The notes under the pieces are model-generated. The model searched no databases. It was not told the DNA's origin and worked only from the letters and a program-made list of their open reading frames with translations. A DNA stretch of 64,000 nucleotides from an uncultured Gammaproteobacteria bacterium (GTDB lineage: Bacteria > Pseudomonadota > Gammaproteobacteria > Steroidobacterales > Rariloculaceae): NCBI GenBank assembly GCA_963714705.1, contig CAVQPJ010000006.1:109845-173844 (forward strand), in the 5' to 3' direction. Below, piece after piece: positions 28,321-37,213 of the stretch (the first letter of the stretch is position 1; every line of letters begins with the position of its first letter). Made by a program: the position numbers and the translations under genes.

Positions 28321-30009
28321 ATGTCGACGCAATCCGCTGGCCGCACGCTCGGTGCCGCCGCAACCCTCGAATCCCTGAAGAAAGAAGCGAAGCGCTGGCT
28401 GAAGGCGCTGCGCGAAGGCGATGCTGCGGCGCGCGAGCGCTTGCGGCGCGTGCTGCCGAGCGCCGGCGCCGATGCCGGGCTGCGTGAGGTGCAGCACGCA
28501 CTCGCGCTCGAGCACGGCCTGCCGGGCTGGGCGGCGTTGAAGGAAGCACTCGCCGACCGCGCGCTCGCGAAACGCAGCGCCGGCGAGCGCGCCGACGACC
28601 TCCTGCATCACGCGATCGATCGCGCGGGCGGGCCGCTCGCGGCGCATATTTTGCGTAAGCATCCCGACGTTGCACGGTTCAGTGTGCACACGGCCGTCGT
28701 CGGCGGCGATCTCGCCGAAGTGCAGCGCCGGCTGGCACACGACAGCTCAGCCGCTTCGGCCACCGGCGGCCCGAAGAATTGGCAACCGTTGCAGTACCTC
28801 TGCTACGCGCGACTGCCGCTCGCGGAGCCGAGCGAGCACGCCGTTGCGATCGCGCGCGCGTTGCTCGACGCCGGCGCCGACCCCAACGCCAAGTGGAACG
28901 ACGACTGGGAGAATCCGTTCACGCTGCTCACGGGTGTCATCGGCGACGGCGAGCAACGCCATGCTCCCCATCCGAGCGCCGTCGAGCTCGCCGGGCTGCT
29001 GATCGAGCGGGGCGCTCAACCGTACGACACGCAAAGTCTCTACAACACGTCGTTGAGCGCGGACGATACGTTCTGGCTCGACTTCTTGTACTCGCGCTCC
29101 GAGGCAGCGGGCACAGCCGAACGTTGGCGCAGCAAGGAGGCGTGGCCCGCAAGCGGCATGCTCGACTATCTCCTCGGCAACGCCGTCTCGCGCAATCACG
29201 TGAAGCGGGTGCGCTGGCTGCTCGAGCGCGGCGCGCACGCCACCGCGCCGCACTCGTACAGCAAGCGCAATCTGCACACGGAAGCGCTGCTTGGCGGTTT
29301 CGCGGAGCTCGCGCAGCTGCTACTCGACTTCGGCGCGCAACCCGAACACCTCGATGACGTTCACGCGTTCCAAGCGGCGTGCATGAGCGGCGATCGCGCG
29401 ACGGCACTGCGCCTGCTCGCAGCGCATCCCGAGTACCGCCGTTTCCCGGGGCCCATGTATCAAGCGGGGGATCGCGACCGTGTCGACGTCGCGGAGATGT
29501 TGCTCCAGCTCGGCGTGTCGCCCGACGTCGAGCACGGCGGCTGGACCGCGCTGCACTCGGCTGCGCACAACAACGCCGTGCGCGTCGCGAAGCTACTCAT
29601 CGAGCACGGCGCGACGGTCGACGTCCGCGAGGCGAAGTACAAGTCGACGCCGCTCGGCCATGCGGTATGGGCGGGTCAAGCCGCGATGGTCGACCTGCTG
29701 AGCGGCGTCAGCCGCGACGTCATCGCGCTCGTGCGGGCCGGCAAGCTCGAGCGGCTGCGCGCCGTGCTCGACGCGGAGCCGGCGCTCGTTCAGGCGACTC
29801 GCGAAGGCCGGACGCCGCTCTATTTCCTGTCGCCGCCCGAGGAACGCGCGCTCGAGATCGCGGAGCTCTTAGTCGCCCGCGGCGCAGATCCCAAGTTCGT
29901 CGATGCCGACGGGCTCACGGCCGCCGACGCCGCCGCGAAGTCCGGTCTCGAAGAGCTCGCCGAACTACTGCGCGACGCACAATCCCCGGGCAAGGGGGTG
30001 CACACATGA
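28321..30009 (+). CDS. Ankyrin-repeat protein with small basic N-terminal helical domain
   Basis: N-terminal LESLKKEAKRWLKAL...VQHALALEHGLPGWAAL; ankyrin repeats LLDAGADPN, TALHSAA...LLIEHGA, TPLGHA, RTPL. Confidence 0.9.
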   Translation: MSTQSAGRTLGAAATLESLKKEAKRWLKALREGDAAARERLRRVLPSAGADAGLREVQHALALEHGLPGWAALKEALADRALAKRSAGERADDLLHHAIDRAGGPLAAHILRKHPDVARFSVHTAVVGGDLAEVQRRLAHDSSAASATGGPKNWQPLQYLCYARLPLAEPSEHAVAIARALLDAGADPNAKWNDDWENPFTLLTGVIGDGEQRHAPHPSAVELAGLLIERGAQPYDTQSLYNTSLSADDTFWLDFLYSRSEAAGTAERWRSKEAWPASGMLDYLLGNAVSRNHVKRVRWLLERGAHATAPHSYSKRNLHTEALLGGFAELAQLLLDFGAQPEHLDDVHAFQAACMSGDRATALRLLAAHPEYRRFPGPMYQAGDRDRVDVAEMLLQLGVSPDVEHGGWTALHSAAHNNAVRVAKLLIEHGATVDVREAKYKSTPLGHAVWAGQAAMVDLLSGVSRDVIALVRAGKLERLRAVLDAEPALVQATREGRTPLYFLSPPEERALEIAELLVARGADPKFVDADGLTAADAAAKSGLEELAELLRDAQSPGKGVHT

Positions 30010-30125
30010 CGCCCGCTCTGAGCGCTCGAAATCCCTCCATCGCGTTAACGGCGTGTAACCCGACGCCCACGTTGCGGCACGGTCCGGGGGCGCAATCTTG
30101 GGTCTTCGACCGGAGGGAGATCGAG

Positions 30126-30683
30126 ATGAGCCGCAAGTCCAGAGTCTGGTTGCCGCTGCTTGCGGCTGGTGGCGTCGCCCTCAGCGCGACGAGCGCGAGT
30201 AGCTCCGCCGCGGAAGCCGATAAGACGGGCTTCATCCCGGACATCACGATCATCGAGATCATGGAATCGATCGTCATGCCGTCGGCGCAGGCGATCTGGG
30301 ATGCGGTCAGCGTCGACGTGACGGCGCAAGGCCAAATCGAGAAGAAACCCGAAACCGACGAGCAATGGGCCACGCTACGGGCTGCGGCCGTGACGTTGGC
30401 CGAAGCGACCAACGCGTTGGTCATCCCGGGCCGGCACGCGGCACCGCCCGGCACCCAGTCCGCGAACCCGGACTCCGAGCTCGGCCCTGCCCAGATCGAG
30501 GCCCTGCTCGCCAAGGACCGGCCGGCGTGGGTGGCGCATGCGGCGGTGCTGCATGCGACGGCGATACAAGCCATCGGCGCCATCGACGCCCGCAACATCG
30601 ACGCAATCACCGAGGTCGGCGGCTCGATCGACGAGGCCTGCGAGTCGTGCCACTTGCAGTTCTGGTATCCCAACCAGAAATAG
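30126..30683 (+). CDS. Secreted class II (cytochrome c'-like) four-helix heme protein
   Basis: GGAGGGAG SD, signal peptide, single CESCH near the C-terminus. Confidence 0.8.
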   Translation: MSRKSRVWLPLLAAGGVALSATSASSSAAEADKTGFIPDITIIEIMESIVMPSAQAIWDAVSVDVTAQGQIEKKPETDEQWATLRAAAVTLAEATNALVIPGRHAAPPGTQSANPDSELGPAQIEALLAKDRPAWVAHAAVLHATAIQAIGAIDARNIDAITEVGGSIDEACESCHLQFWYPNQK

Positions 30684-30740
30684 CGCGCAAGGAGCCCCAT
30701 TCCCGAGCGACCGCCCCTCAGCGGAGGGGTGACAGTCGCC

Positions 30741-30794
30741 CGAAATCCCTCACGTGAGGGGTCCTCGAAATCACTTTAAGTACGTTCAGCTTCG
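30741..30794. repeat. 54-bp dispersed repeat, copy 1
   Basis: CGAAATCCCTCACGTGAGGGGTCCTCGAAATCACTTTAAGTACGTTCAGCTTCG; 52/54 identical to 50074-50127. Confidence 0.95.
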
Positions 30795-30846
30795 CCCGAG
30801 TCGGCCTAGGGATCGGCGGTCGTCCCCGCATCCGCGCATCAGCACA

Positions 30847-32592
30847 TCAGCGCCCGCCCCCGCCGCCACCACCGCCGCCGCCACCGGACGAACCCCCGCC
30901 GCCACGGCCCGAGGAACTGCCGGGCGGCGTCGCGGCGGAGGCGATCGAGGAGCTCAGACCGCTGCTGACCGCCTTGACGAGACCGCCGAGGTCGCCTGGG
31001 CGGGCGCCGTGATACCAAGCCATGCGGGCGGTCGCTGCGGCGGCCGCGGCGGCACCCACAGCCACCGTGAATTTCTGCGTCCACGCCTCCTCGACGTCGA
31101 GCGCGACGGCGTAAGGCAGCAGCGCCTCATAGCGTTCGGCGTCGAGCGGCGGCGGCGCGCCCGGACCTTGCATGCTCGCGAGCTCGTCGCGCTCGGCAAC
31201 GCTCAAGTACAGCTTCAGCCCTTCGATCTCGTCGAGGAGCTTGCGCCCGTCGAGCGTCGGCGCTTGCACGAGATAAGCGAACAGCACGACGACCAGCACC
31301 ATGAGCACGACAACCGCGATGATGAGCGGCGCGCCGCCGCTGCCGGAGATCGCGAACGCGACGACGGCCGTCGCGACGCCGATAGCGACAGCAATGACGA
31401 CGCTGCCAACATTGCGCTTGAAGTGGCTTCCCTGCAGCCGCTTGCTCAAGGATTTGGCGTGCGCTTGGCATGCTCCCATCAGCCGCGTCGCGTTCTTTTT
31501 GGTGAGCTCCACGGCGTCGGCGCCCTTGGAGAACAAGGGCTCGAGCAACGCCGTCACGGACGGAAAGCGCCCCTCTCCACTACCCGCGGTGCGCTGGATC
31601 TGCCAACGATCCCCGAGCAAGAACCGCTCCTCGCGCTCGATACTCACGCCGCCGTCGACGGCCGCCGTCAGAAGATCGGACGTGAAACAGCGCATGTCGT
31701 AGCGGCGGCGCGTCAAGTACCTGAGCTCCGCCGGCGAGCGCCCTTCCGGCGGCTCGTACCGCGCTATGACGACGCCGCGTTGCGGATCGCGGCCGACCTG
31801 CCGCCAACGACGCACGACGTACACGAGCAAGAGCGCGAACCCGGCCAGAGCCGCGAGCACGCCGCGGTTGTCGGCGAGCAGCCAGCCCATGCGCTCGGTT
31901 TGCGTGGGCTCCGCGATGATGCCCTTCGGAAAGCTCAAGACGATCGTGAGGCCTTCGTGCGGCGAGAGCGGCGCGTTCAACCCCCACCGCGCAACGCCCG
32001 GCCCGGTCACGCTTGCCGTGTAATTCGAGCCCTGCGCACCCTGCGGGCCCGTGTAGCCTTCGGCATCGATACGCTCGATGGGCACGGGCTCGGGCAGACG
32101 GACCTCGACGCGGGCGCGCTCGATCGCAAAGTTCCAGCCCGTGCCGATCGCGTTGAAGTAGAGCTCGTCGTGATCGGCAAAAAAGCCGACCTGCCTCGTC
32201 GTGCGATAGCGCAGCGTATAGCGATACTCTGCGGGCAACCTCGGCAGATAGTTGTCGTTGCCGGTGTTGACTCGCACGCCGTTCGGGCGCCGCTCCGTGA
32301 ACCACGGCTCGGCCACGCCATCGCGCTGCACACTTTGCACATCGAACCCGACGACGACGTTGTTCCCGTAGCGGTCGCGATAGCGCGTCGGAAAGTCGCG
32401 AAAGATGCCGCGGCGGATTTGGTCGCCTTCGGCGCGGACCGAGATCTGCTCCGCGACGTCGAGCGCACCGCTTGCGTTCAGGTTCAATTCGACCACGTAC
32501 TCGAGGATGCGCTCGCCCTCCTGGGCGAGCGCGGCGGACCCGGCCGCGATCAGGCAAAGCGCGATGGACGATGCTCGCAGCGTGCGCCTCAC
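30847..32592 (-). CDS. DUF2207 membrane protein
   Basis: RRGIFRDFP, DELYFNAIG, YEALLPYAVAL, Gly/Ser-rich tail; downstream of lemA. Confidence 0.9.
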   Translation of the reverse strand: MRRTLRASSIALCLIAAGSAALAQEGERILEYVVELNLNASGALDVAEQISVRAEGDQIRRGIFRDFPTRYRDRYGNNVVVGFDVQSVQRDGVAEPWFTERRPNGVRVNTGNDNYLPRLPAEYRYTLRYRTTRQVGFFADHDELYFNAIGTGWNFAIERARVEVRLPEPVPIERIDAEGYTGPQGAQGSNYTASVTGPGVARWGLNAPLSPHEGLTIVLSFPKGIIAEPTQTERMGWLLADNRGVLAALAGFALLLVYVVRRWRQVGRDPQRGVVIARYEPPEGRSPAELRYLTRRRYDMRCFTSDLLTAAVDGGVSIEREERFLLGDRWQIQRTAGSGEGRFPSVTALLEPLFSKGADAVELTKKNATRLMGACQAHAKSLSKRLQGSHFKRNVGSVVIAVAIGVATAVVAFAISGSGGAPLIIAVVVLMVLVVVLFAYLVQAPTLDGRKLLDEIEGLKLYLSVAERDELASMQGPGAPPPLDAERYEALLPYAVALDVEEAWTQKFTVAVGAAAAAAATARMAWYHGARPGDLGGLVKAVSSGLSSSIASAATPPGSSSGRGGGGSSGGGGGGGGGGGR

Positions 32593-33140
32593 GGCAGCTT
32601 CACCGCCACGCCCGAGCGTTGCTCGGTCTCGGCCTGGTAAAACTCAGCCGTGGCAAACGCGAACGTGCGCGCGACGGCGAGGTCGGGCACGCGCTGGACG
32701 GCATTGTTGTAGTCACGTACCGCACCGTTGTAGAAGCGGCGCGCATACTGCAGATGATTCTCGACCTCGACGAGGTCGCGCTGCAGAGCGAGGAAGTTGG
32801 CGCTGGCTTTGAGGTCCGGATAGGCCTCTTGAAGCGCTAGAAGCCGGCTCGTCGCCTGCTCGAGCGCCGACTCGACCTCACCGAGCCGAGCCGGGCTCTT
32901 CTCCGCAACCGCCTGGGCGCGAAGTTGCGTCACGCCCTCGAGCAGCGCTTTCTCGTGGCCCGCGTAGCCTTTCACGGCGGCCACGAGCTGCGGCACGAGG
33001 TCGTGCCGACGAACGAGCTGGACGTCGATATCGGCCCACGCCGTGCGCGCTTGATTGCGCAATCTCACGAGCCGGTTGTAGACGATCACCGCCCACACCG
33101 GAAGCGCCACGACGAGAGCCGTCACGAGCCAGAGAGTCAC
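32589..33140 (-). CDS. lemA: LemA-family protein
   Basis: YNRLV...AWADIDVQL.RRHDLVP...EAYPDLKAS.NF..LQ...RRFYN. Confidence 0.93.
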   Translation of the reverse strand: MTLWLVTALVVALPVWAVIVYNRLVRLRNQARTAWADIDVQLVRRHDLVPQLVAAVKGYAGHEKALLEGVTQLRAQAVAEKSPARLGEVESALEQATSRLLALQEAYPDLKASANFLALQRDLVEVENHLQYARRFYNGAVRDYNNAVQRVPDLAVARTFAFATAEFYQAETEQRSGVAVKLP

Positions 33141-33166
33141 GCTTGTCCGCGTCGCATGCTGCGCTG

Positions 33167-35099
33167 CTATGGCAACGCGAGCGCGACGAGCTCCGCGGGA
33201 TAATCCGTGCTGCCGACCGCCACGACGACGTACTGCTTGCCGTCGTGCAGGTACGTCATCGGCGTTCCGTTCTGGCCCACGCCGAGATCGATCGACCACA
33301 GCGTCTCGCCGGTCGCCTTATCGAGCGCCATGAACTTCGTGCCGCCGACGTTGGCCGGCGAGCGCGGCGTGCTCTTGTCGGCCTGCGTGACGAACAGCAG
33401 CGTCTTCGTCGCGATGACGGCCGACGGCGTCGCGTCGCCGAGCGGCGGCAGGTTCAAGCCCGCGAGCGCCGGATGATTTCGCGGGCCGTCGGCGTTCGGC
33501 ACCATCCAAACCTGGTTGCCCTTGCTCAAGTCATAGGCCGTGATGCGACCGTACGGCGGCTTCATGAGCGGGAGCCCGCGCGGCCCGTTCATGATCTCGC
33601 GCATGCCGGCGCGGTAGCGCAAATCCGAGCGCGCGGGATCCGGCGCGAAGAGATCGGCGACGAACGCGACCGAGCGCGAGCCGACGTAGAACATGCCGGT
33701 CTCCGGGTCGAACGCGCCGCCGTTCCAGTTCGCTCCGCCGGACGCGCCCGGGAACTGGATCGTGCCGACTTTCGCGTTCGGCCCTTCGCCGATGACGGAT
33801 GGCGGCGTGAACGGCGGCCCGATCACGTACCGCTTCACGATCTCGAGCGCTTCGGCGCGCAGCTCCGGCGTGAAATCGATGAGGTCGTTCTCGGTGAGCC
33901 CTTGATGCTCGTACGGCGGCGGCTTCGTCGGATGAGGCTGCGTCGGCGACGCGACCTCGCCGGGCACCGTCGACTTCGGCACGGGCCGTTCTTCGATCGG
34001 CCATACCGGCGCGCCCGTGGTGCGATCGAGCACGAACAGGAAGCCGTGCTTCGTGACTTGCGCGAGCGCTTTGATGGCGCGTCCGTCGACCGTGATGTCG
34101 ATCAAGATCGGCGCGGCCGGCAAGTCGTAGTCGAATAGATCGTGATGCACAGTCTGGAAGTGCCACACGCGCTCGCCGGTCTTTGCATTTAGCGCGACGA
34201 CGGAGCTGCCGTAGAGGTGATTGCCGAGTCGGTGGCCGCCGTACATGTCGTTCGTGACGCCGCGTCGTCGGCACGTAGACGAGACCGAGCTCATCGTCAG
34301 TGCTGAACGTCGACCAGACGTTGCCGGCGCCCGTGTAGCGCCAGGCCTCGTCAGCCCAAGTCGCCGTCGCAGGATCGCCCTCACGCGGCACGGGGCTCCA
34401 CGTCCAGCGCTCCTTGCCCGTGCGCACGTCGAACGCGCGCACGTAGCCGGGCGGCCCATCCTTGTAGACGGCAGAGTCCTGCTCGAGCATCGACGAGCCG
34501 AGCACCACGACGTCGCCGGCGACGACGGGCACGCCATTCCACTTGTAGCGGAACTCCTCCGTCGAGAGATCGACCTTGCCGCCGTCGCCAAAGCTCGCGA
34601 TGGGCTCGCCCGTCTTCGGGTTCAGCGCGAACAAATGCTGTTGGCGAACGTGCAGGATGCGCGCCTCGTCGCCGCGGCCCCAATACGCGACGCCCTTGCT
34701 GATCATCAACGACGGCAGCCCTTCGGGAGCGGCGATCAACGGCTTCTGCGTCCACGCCGTGCGGCCGGTCTTCGGGTCGATGGCCTCCGCGAGCCCGAAG
34801 CCGTTCGGCACGTACAGCAGCCCGCCGACGTAGATCGGCGTGACCATGTAGCGGTTGGATAACGCAAAGTCCGGGTTCGCCGTGAGGATGGCGGGGTCGG
34901 CTTGCTTGTGGCGCCACGCGACGCGCAGCCGCCCGACGTTCGACTCGTCGATCTGCGCGAGCGGCGAGTAGCGCGTCGCATGCGGGTTGGCCGAGTAGTA
35001 GCCCCACTGGGCCAGGTCTTGGGCCCGCAACGGCGTTGCCCAAGCCGCCGCCAACAGTACGGCCGGCAATGTTGCGGTTAGTCCAGAGCTCTGGCGCAT
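33167..35099 (-). CDS. PQQ-dependent dehydrogenase (glucose/quinate dehydrogenase-like), frameshift near 34262
   Basis: RYSPLAQID, PGYVRAFDVRTG, FQTVHHDLFDYD, GGANWNG, KPPYG, TPMTY..DGKQY. Confidence 0.88.
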
Positions 35100-35159
35100 G
35101 CGTCGAAACCCCCTTGCGCTTGCGGCGTGCGGCGAGCGTAGCATGGGCCGGTCCCCGTT

Positions 35160-35185
35160 CCTGAACGTGTTCAGGTTGAGTTCAG
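35160..35185 (+). promoter_or_regulatory. Candidate operator: palindrome CCTGAAC-GT-GTTCAGG and 11-bp-spaced TTCAG repeats
   Basis: 35169-35185 GTTCAGGTTGAGTTCAG is 15/17 identical to 12861-12877. Confidence 0.55.
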
Positions 35186-35239
35186 TCCCCGAGCGTAGAC
35201 TTCGGATCCGAGCCATCCAAGACGCTGGGGGAGCGCACG

Positions 35240-35584
35240 ATGAAACGGCCGATCGTTCTAGTCGCAGTCGCCATGCTCGCTGCCTGCTCGAGCGGAACGC
35301 ACATCAAAGTCTCCGACACCGACGCCCGCATCTACGTGAACGGCGAGTACGTCGGCACCGGCGACGGCTACTACTCCGACTACAAACCGGCGTTCACGAA
35401 GCAAGAAGTGACGGTGCGCAAGGACGGCTGCCCCGAGCAGAGCTACACCATGCGCCGCAACGAGCGCCCCGACTTGGGCGCCATCATCAGCGCCTACTAC
35501 CTCGTTCTGCCGATCCTCTGGGTCACGCAGTACAAGGACCGCCACACCTACGAGTTCGACTGCCTGCAAGCGGCCGCCGACTGA
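35240..35584 (+). CDS. PEGA-domain lipoprotein
   Basis: LAAC lipobox; DARIYVNGEYVG and VTVRKDG PEGA pattern. Confidence 0.8.
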   Translation: MKRPIVLVAVAMLAACSSGTHIKVSDTDARIYVNGEYVGTGDGYYSDYKPAFTKQEVTVRKDGCPEQSYTMRRNERPDLGAIISAYYLVLPILWVTQYKDRHTYEFDCLQAAAD

Positions 35585-35689
35585 TCGCGACAATTGGTCA
35601 GTGCTGGTCCGCGCCGCCAGTGGGCGCAGCTTCGCCTTCGGCAATGAGCCGCGGTGCGCACGCGGTCGCGCACGGCGCAATCACGGTCG

Positions 35690-35747
35690 AAAAGGGGACG
35701 GATTTATTTTCCTGATTTTCCTGAGGAAAATAGATCCGTCCCCTTTT
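35690..35747. repeat. REP-like inverted repeat
   Basis: AAAAGGGGACGGATTTATTTTCCT (35690-35713) and AGGAAAATAGATCCGTCCCCTTTT (35724-35747), one mismatch, between convergent genes. Confidence 0.9.
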
Positions 35748-37209
35748 ACGGTACTGCCGCGCGGACGAGCGCTTTGACGGCGTCGCTGCCGCGCGCTTCG
35801 GCCATCGAAAGCGGTGTTTGCTGCCGGCCGTTCGGCACCAGTGGATCCGCACCGCGTTCCAGCAAGAACCGCACGATGGCTTCGGAGCCGCGGCCGCCGA
35901 CAGCCGCGTGCAGGGCCGTGTCGCCGGCCTCGTTCGCTGCCTGAAGGTCGAGCCCGAGAGAGAGCAGCAACTCGAGCGTCTCGACGGCTTCCGCGTCGCT
36001 GCCCTGATCGTAGGACGGCGCGAGCGGGCTGCCGTTGCGCCAACCCATGCCCGCCGCGAGCATCAGCGCCGTCGTGCCGTTCGGCAGAGTCCGTTTCGCA
36101 TCCGCACCCGCCGCGAGCAGCATGCGCACGACCTCGATGTCACCCGATTTGGCGGCGCGCATCAGCGGCGTCGCACCCGCGCCTAGCGTGCCATCGCCGA
36201 ACGTGTGCTGGCGCTGCAGGATCGGTTTCTTGAGCGCCGCGTTCGGATCCGCTCCCTGGTCGAGCAGCAGCCGAACGACGTCGACGGCGTCGAGCAATCC
36301 AACCGGCACCGGGTTGCCGCGGCCGTGGCCGACGGCGAGCCGATGCATGTCGATGGCGGCGTACAGCGGCCCCATGCCGGCTTCGAGGTCGACGATGTTG
36401 GGATCCGCGCCCGCACGCAGCAAGAGCTCGGCGAACTCGTAGTGCGCATTGATGATCGCGATGACGAGCGCCGTGGCGCCGTCAGGGTCGACCGCGTCGC
36501 GGTTCGCACCGACTGCGACGAGCGCCTCTCCCGCCGCGAGCGCGTTCTCGCGCGCGGCGTACATCAGCGGCGTCCAAGACCCCAGCGGGAGGATCGACTG
36601 GCCCGCACGCCGCTGCCGCGGCTCGAGCGTGAGCAGCGCCGACCGGCCGTCGACGTCGGCGCCGTGCTCGGCGAGCAAGCGGACGGCGTCGGCGTGGTTT
36701 TCGGCCGCGGCCCAGATCAACGCGCTCTCGCCGTGGAACCGGTCGCGCGCCTCGGTCTCCGCGCCGTGCGCGAGGAGCGCGCGCAAGGCCTCCGGCGAGC
36801 CGGTTCGCGCTGCTGTCATCAGCACGGTTTCGCCTTCGGGTAATGCGACGTTCACGTCGGCGCCCGCGGCCAGCAGGGCGTCGATGACGGCAGGATCGCC
36901 TTCCACGGCCGCGGCCTGCAGCGGCGTCATGCCGTAGCGGTTCGCCGCCGTCGCGTCGGCGCCCGCGGCGAGCAGCGCGCGGACGAGCTCCGCGTCACCG
37001 AAGTGCGCGGCCCAGTGCAGCGCCGACGTGCCGTCAGCCTCGACGGTGCCGACGTCGACGTGATCGCGCACGAGCGCCATGGCCGCTTCGTGATCCGCGC
37101 TGCGCGCCGCCGCGAGCAGCGGCGGCAGATCGTCCCGAGCGTGTGCAGCCAGCATCGGCCATGCGCACAGCAGCGCGGTCAGCAAACGGCTGCGACGCGC
37201 AGGCCTCAC
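35746..37209 (-). CDS. Secreted ankyrin-repeat protein
   Basis: Signal peptide; many repeats (GTSALHWAA, GMTPL, GATPLMRAA, GDTALHAA); follows DUF1552. Confidence 0.9.
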   Translation of the reverse strand: MRPARRSRLLTALLCAWPMLAAHARDDLPPLLAAARSADHEAAMALVRDHVDVGTVEADGTSALHWAAHFGDAELVRALLAAGADATAANRYGMTPLQAAAVEGDPAVIDALLAAGADVNVALPEGETVLMTAARTGSPEALRALLAHGAETEARDRFHGESALIWAAAENHADAVRLLAEHGADVDGRSALLTLEPRQRRAGQSILPLGSWTPLMYAARENALAAGEALVAVGANRDAVDPDGATALVIAIINAHYEFAELLLRAGADPNIVDLEAGMGPLYAAIDMHRLAVGHGRGNPVPVGLLDAVDVVRLLLDQGADPNAALKKPILQRQHTFGDGTLGAGATPLMRAAKSGDIEVVRMLLAAGADAKRTLPNGTTALMLAAGMGWRNGSPLAPSYDQGSDAEAVETLELLLSLGLDLQAANEAGDTALHAAVGGRGSEAIVRFLLERGADPLVPNGRQQTPLSMAEARGSDAVKALVRAAVP

Positions 37210-37213
37210 GGCG

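Noticed and set aside
28024..28740. 238-aa minus-strand ORF across the ankyrin leader
   Set aside because: Antisense to two well-supported genes, with no recognisable domain
30027..30037. CGAAATCCCTC matching the start of the 54-bp repeat
   Set aside because: Only 11 bp, without the palindrome or the rest of the unit
30847..30960. GC-rich low-complexity stretch as a DNA repeat element
   Set aside because: Encodes the normal Gly/Ser-rich C-terminal tail of DUF2207 proteins
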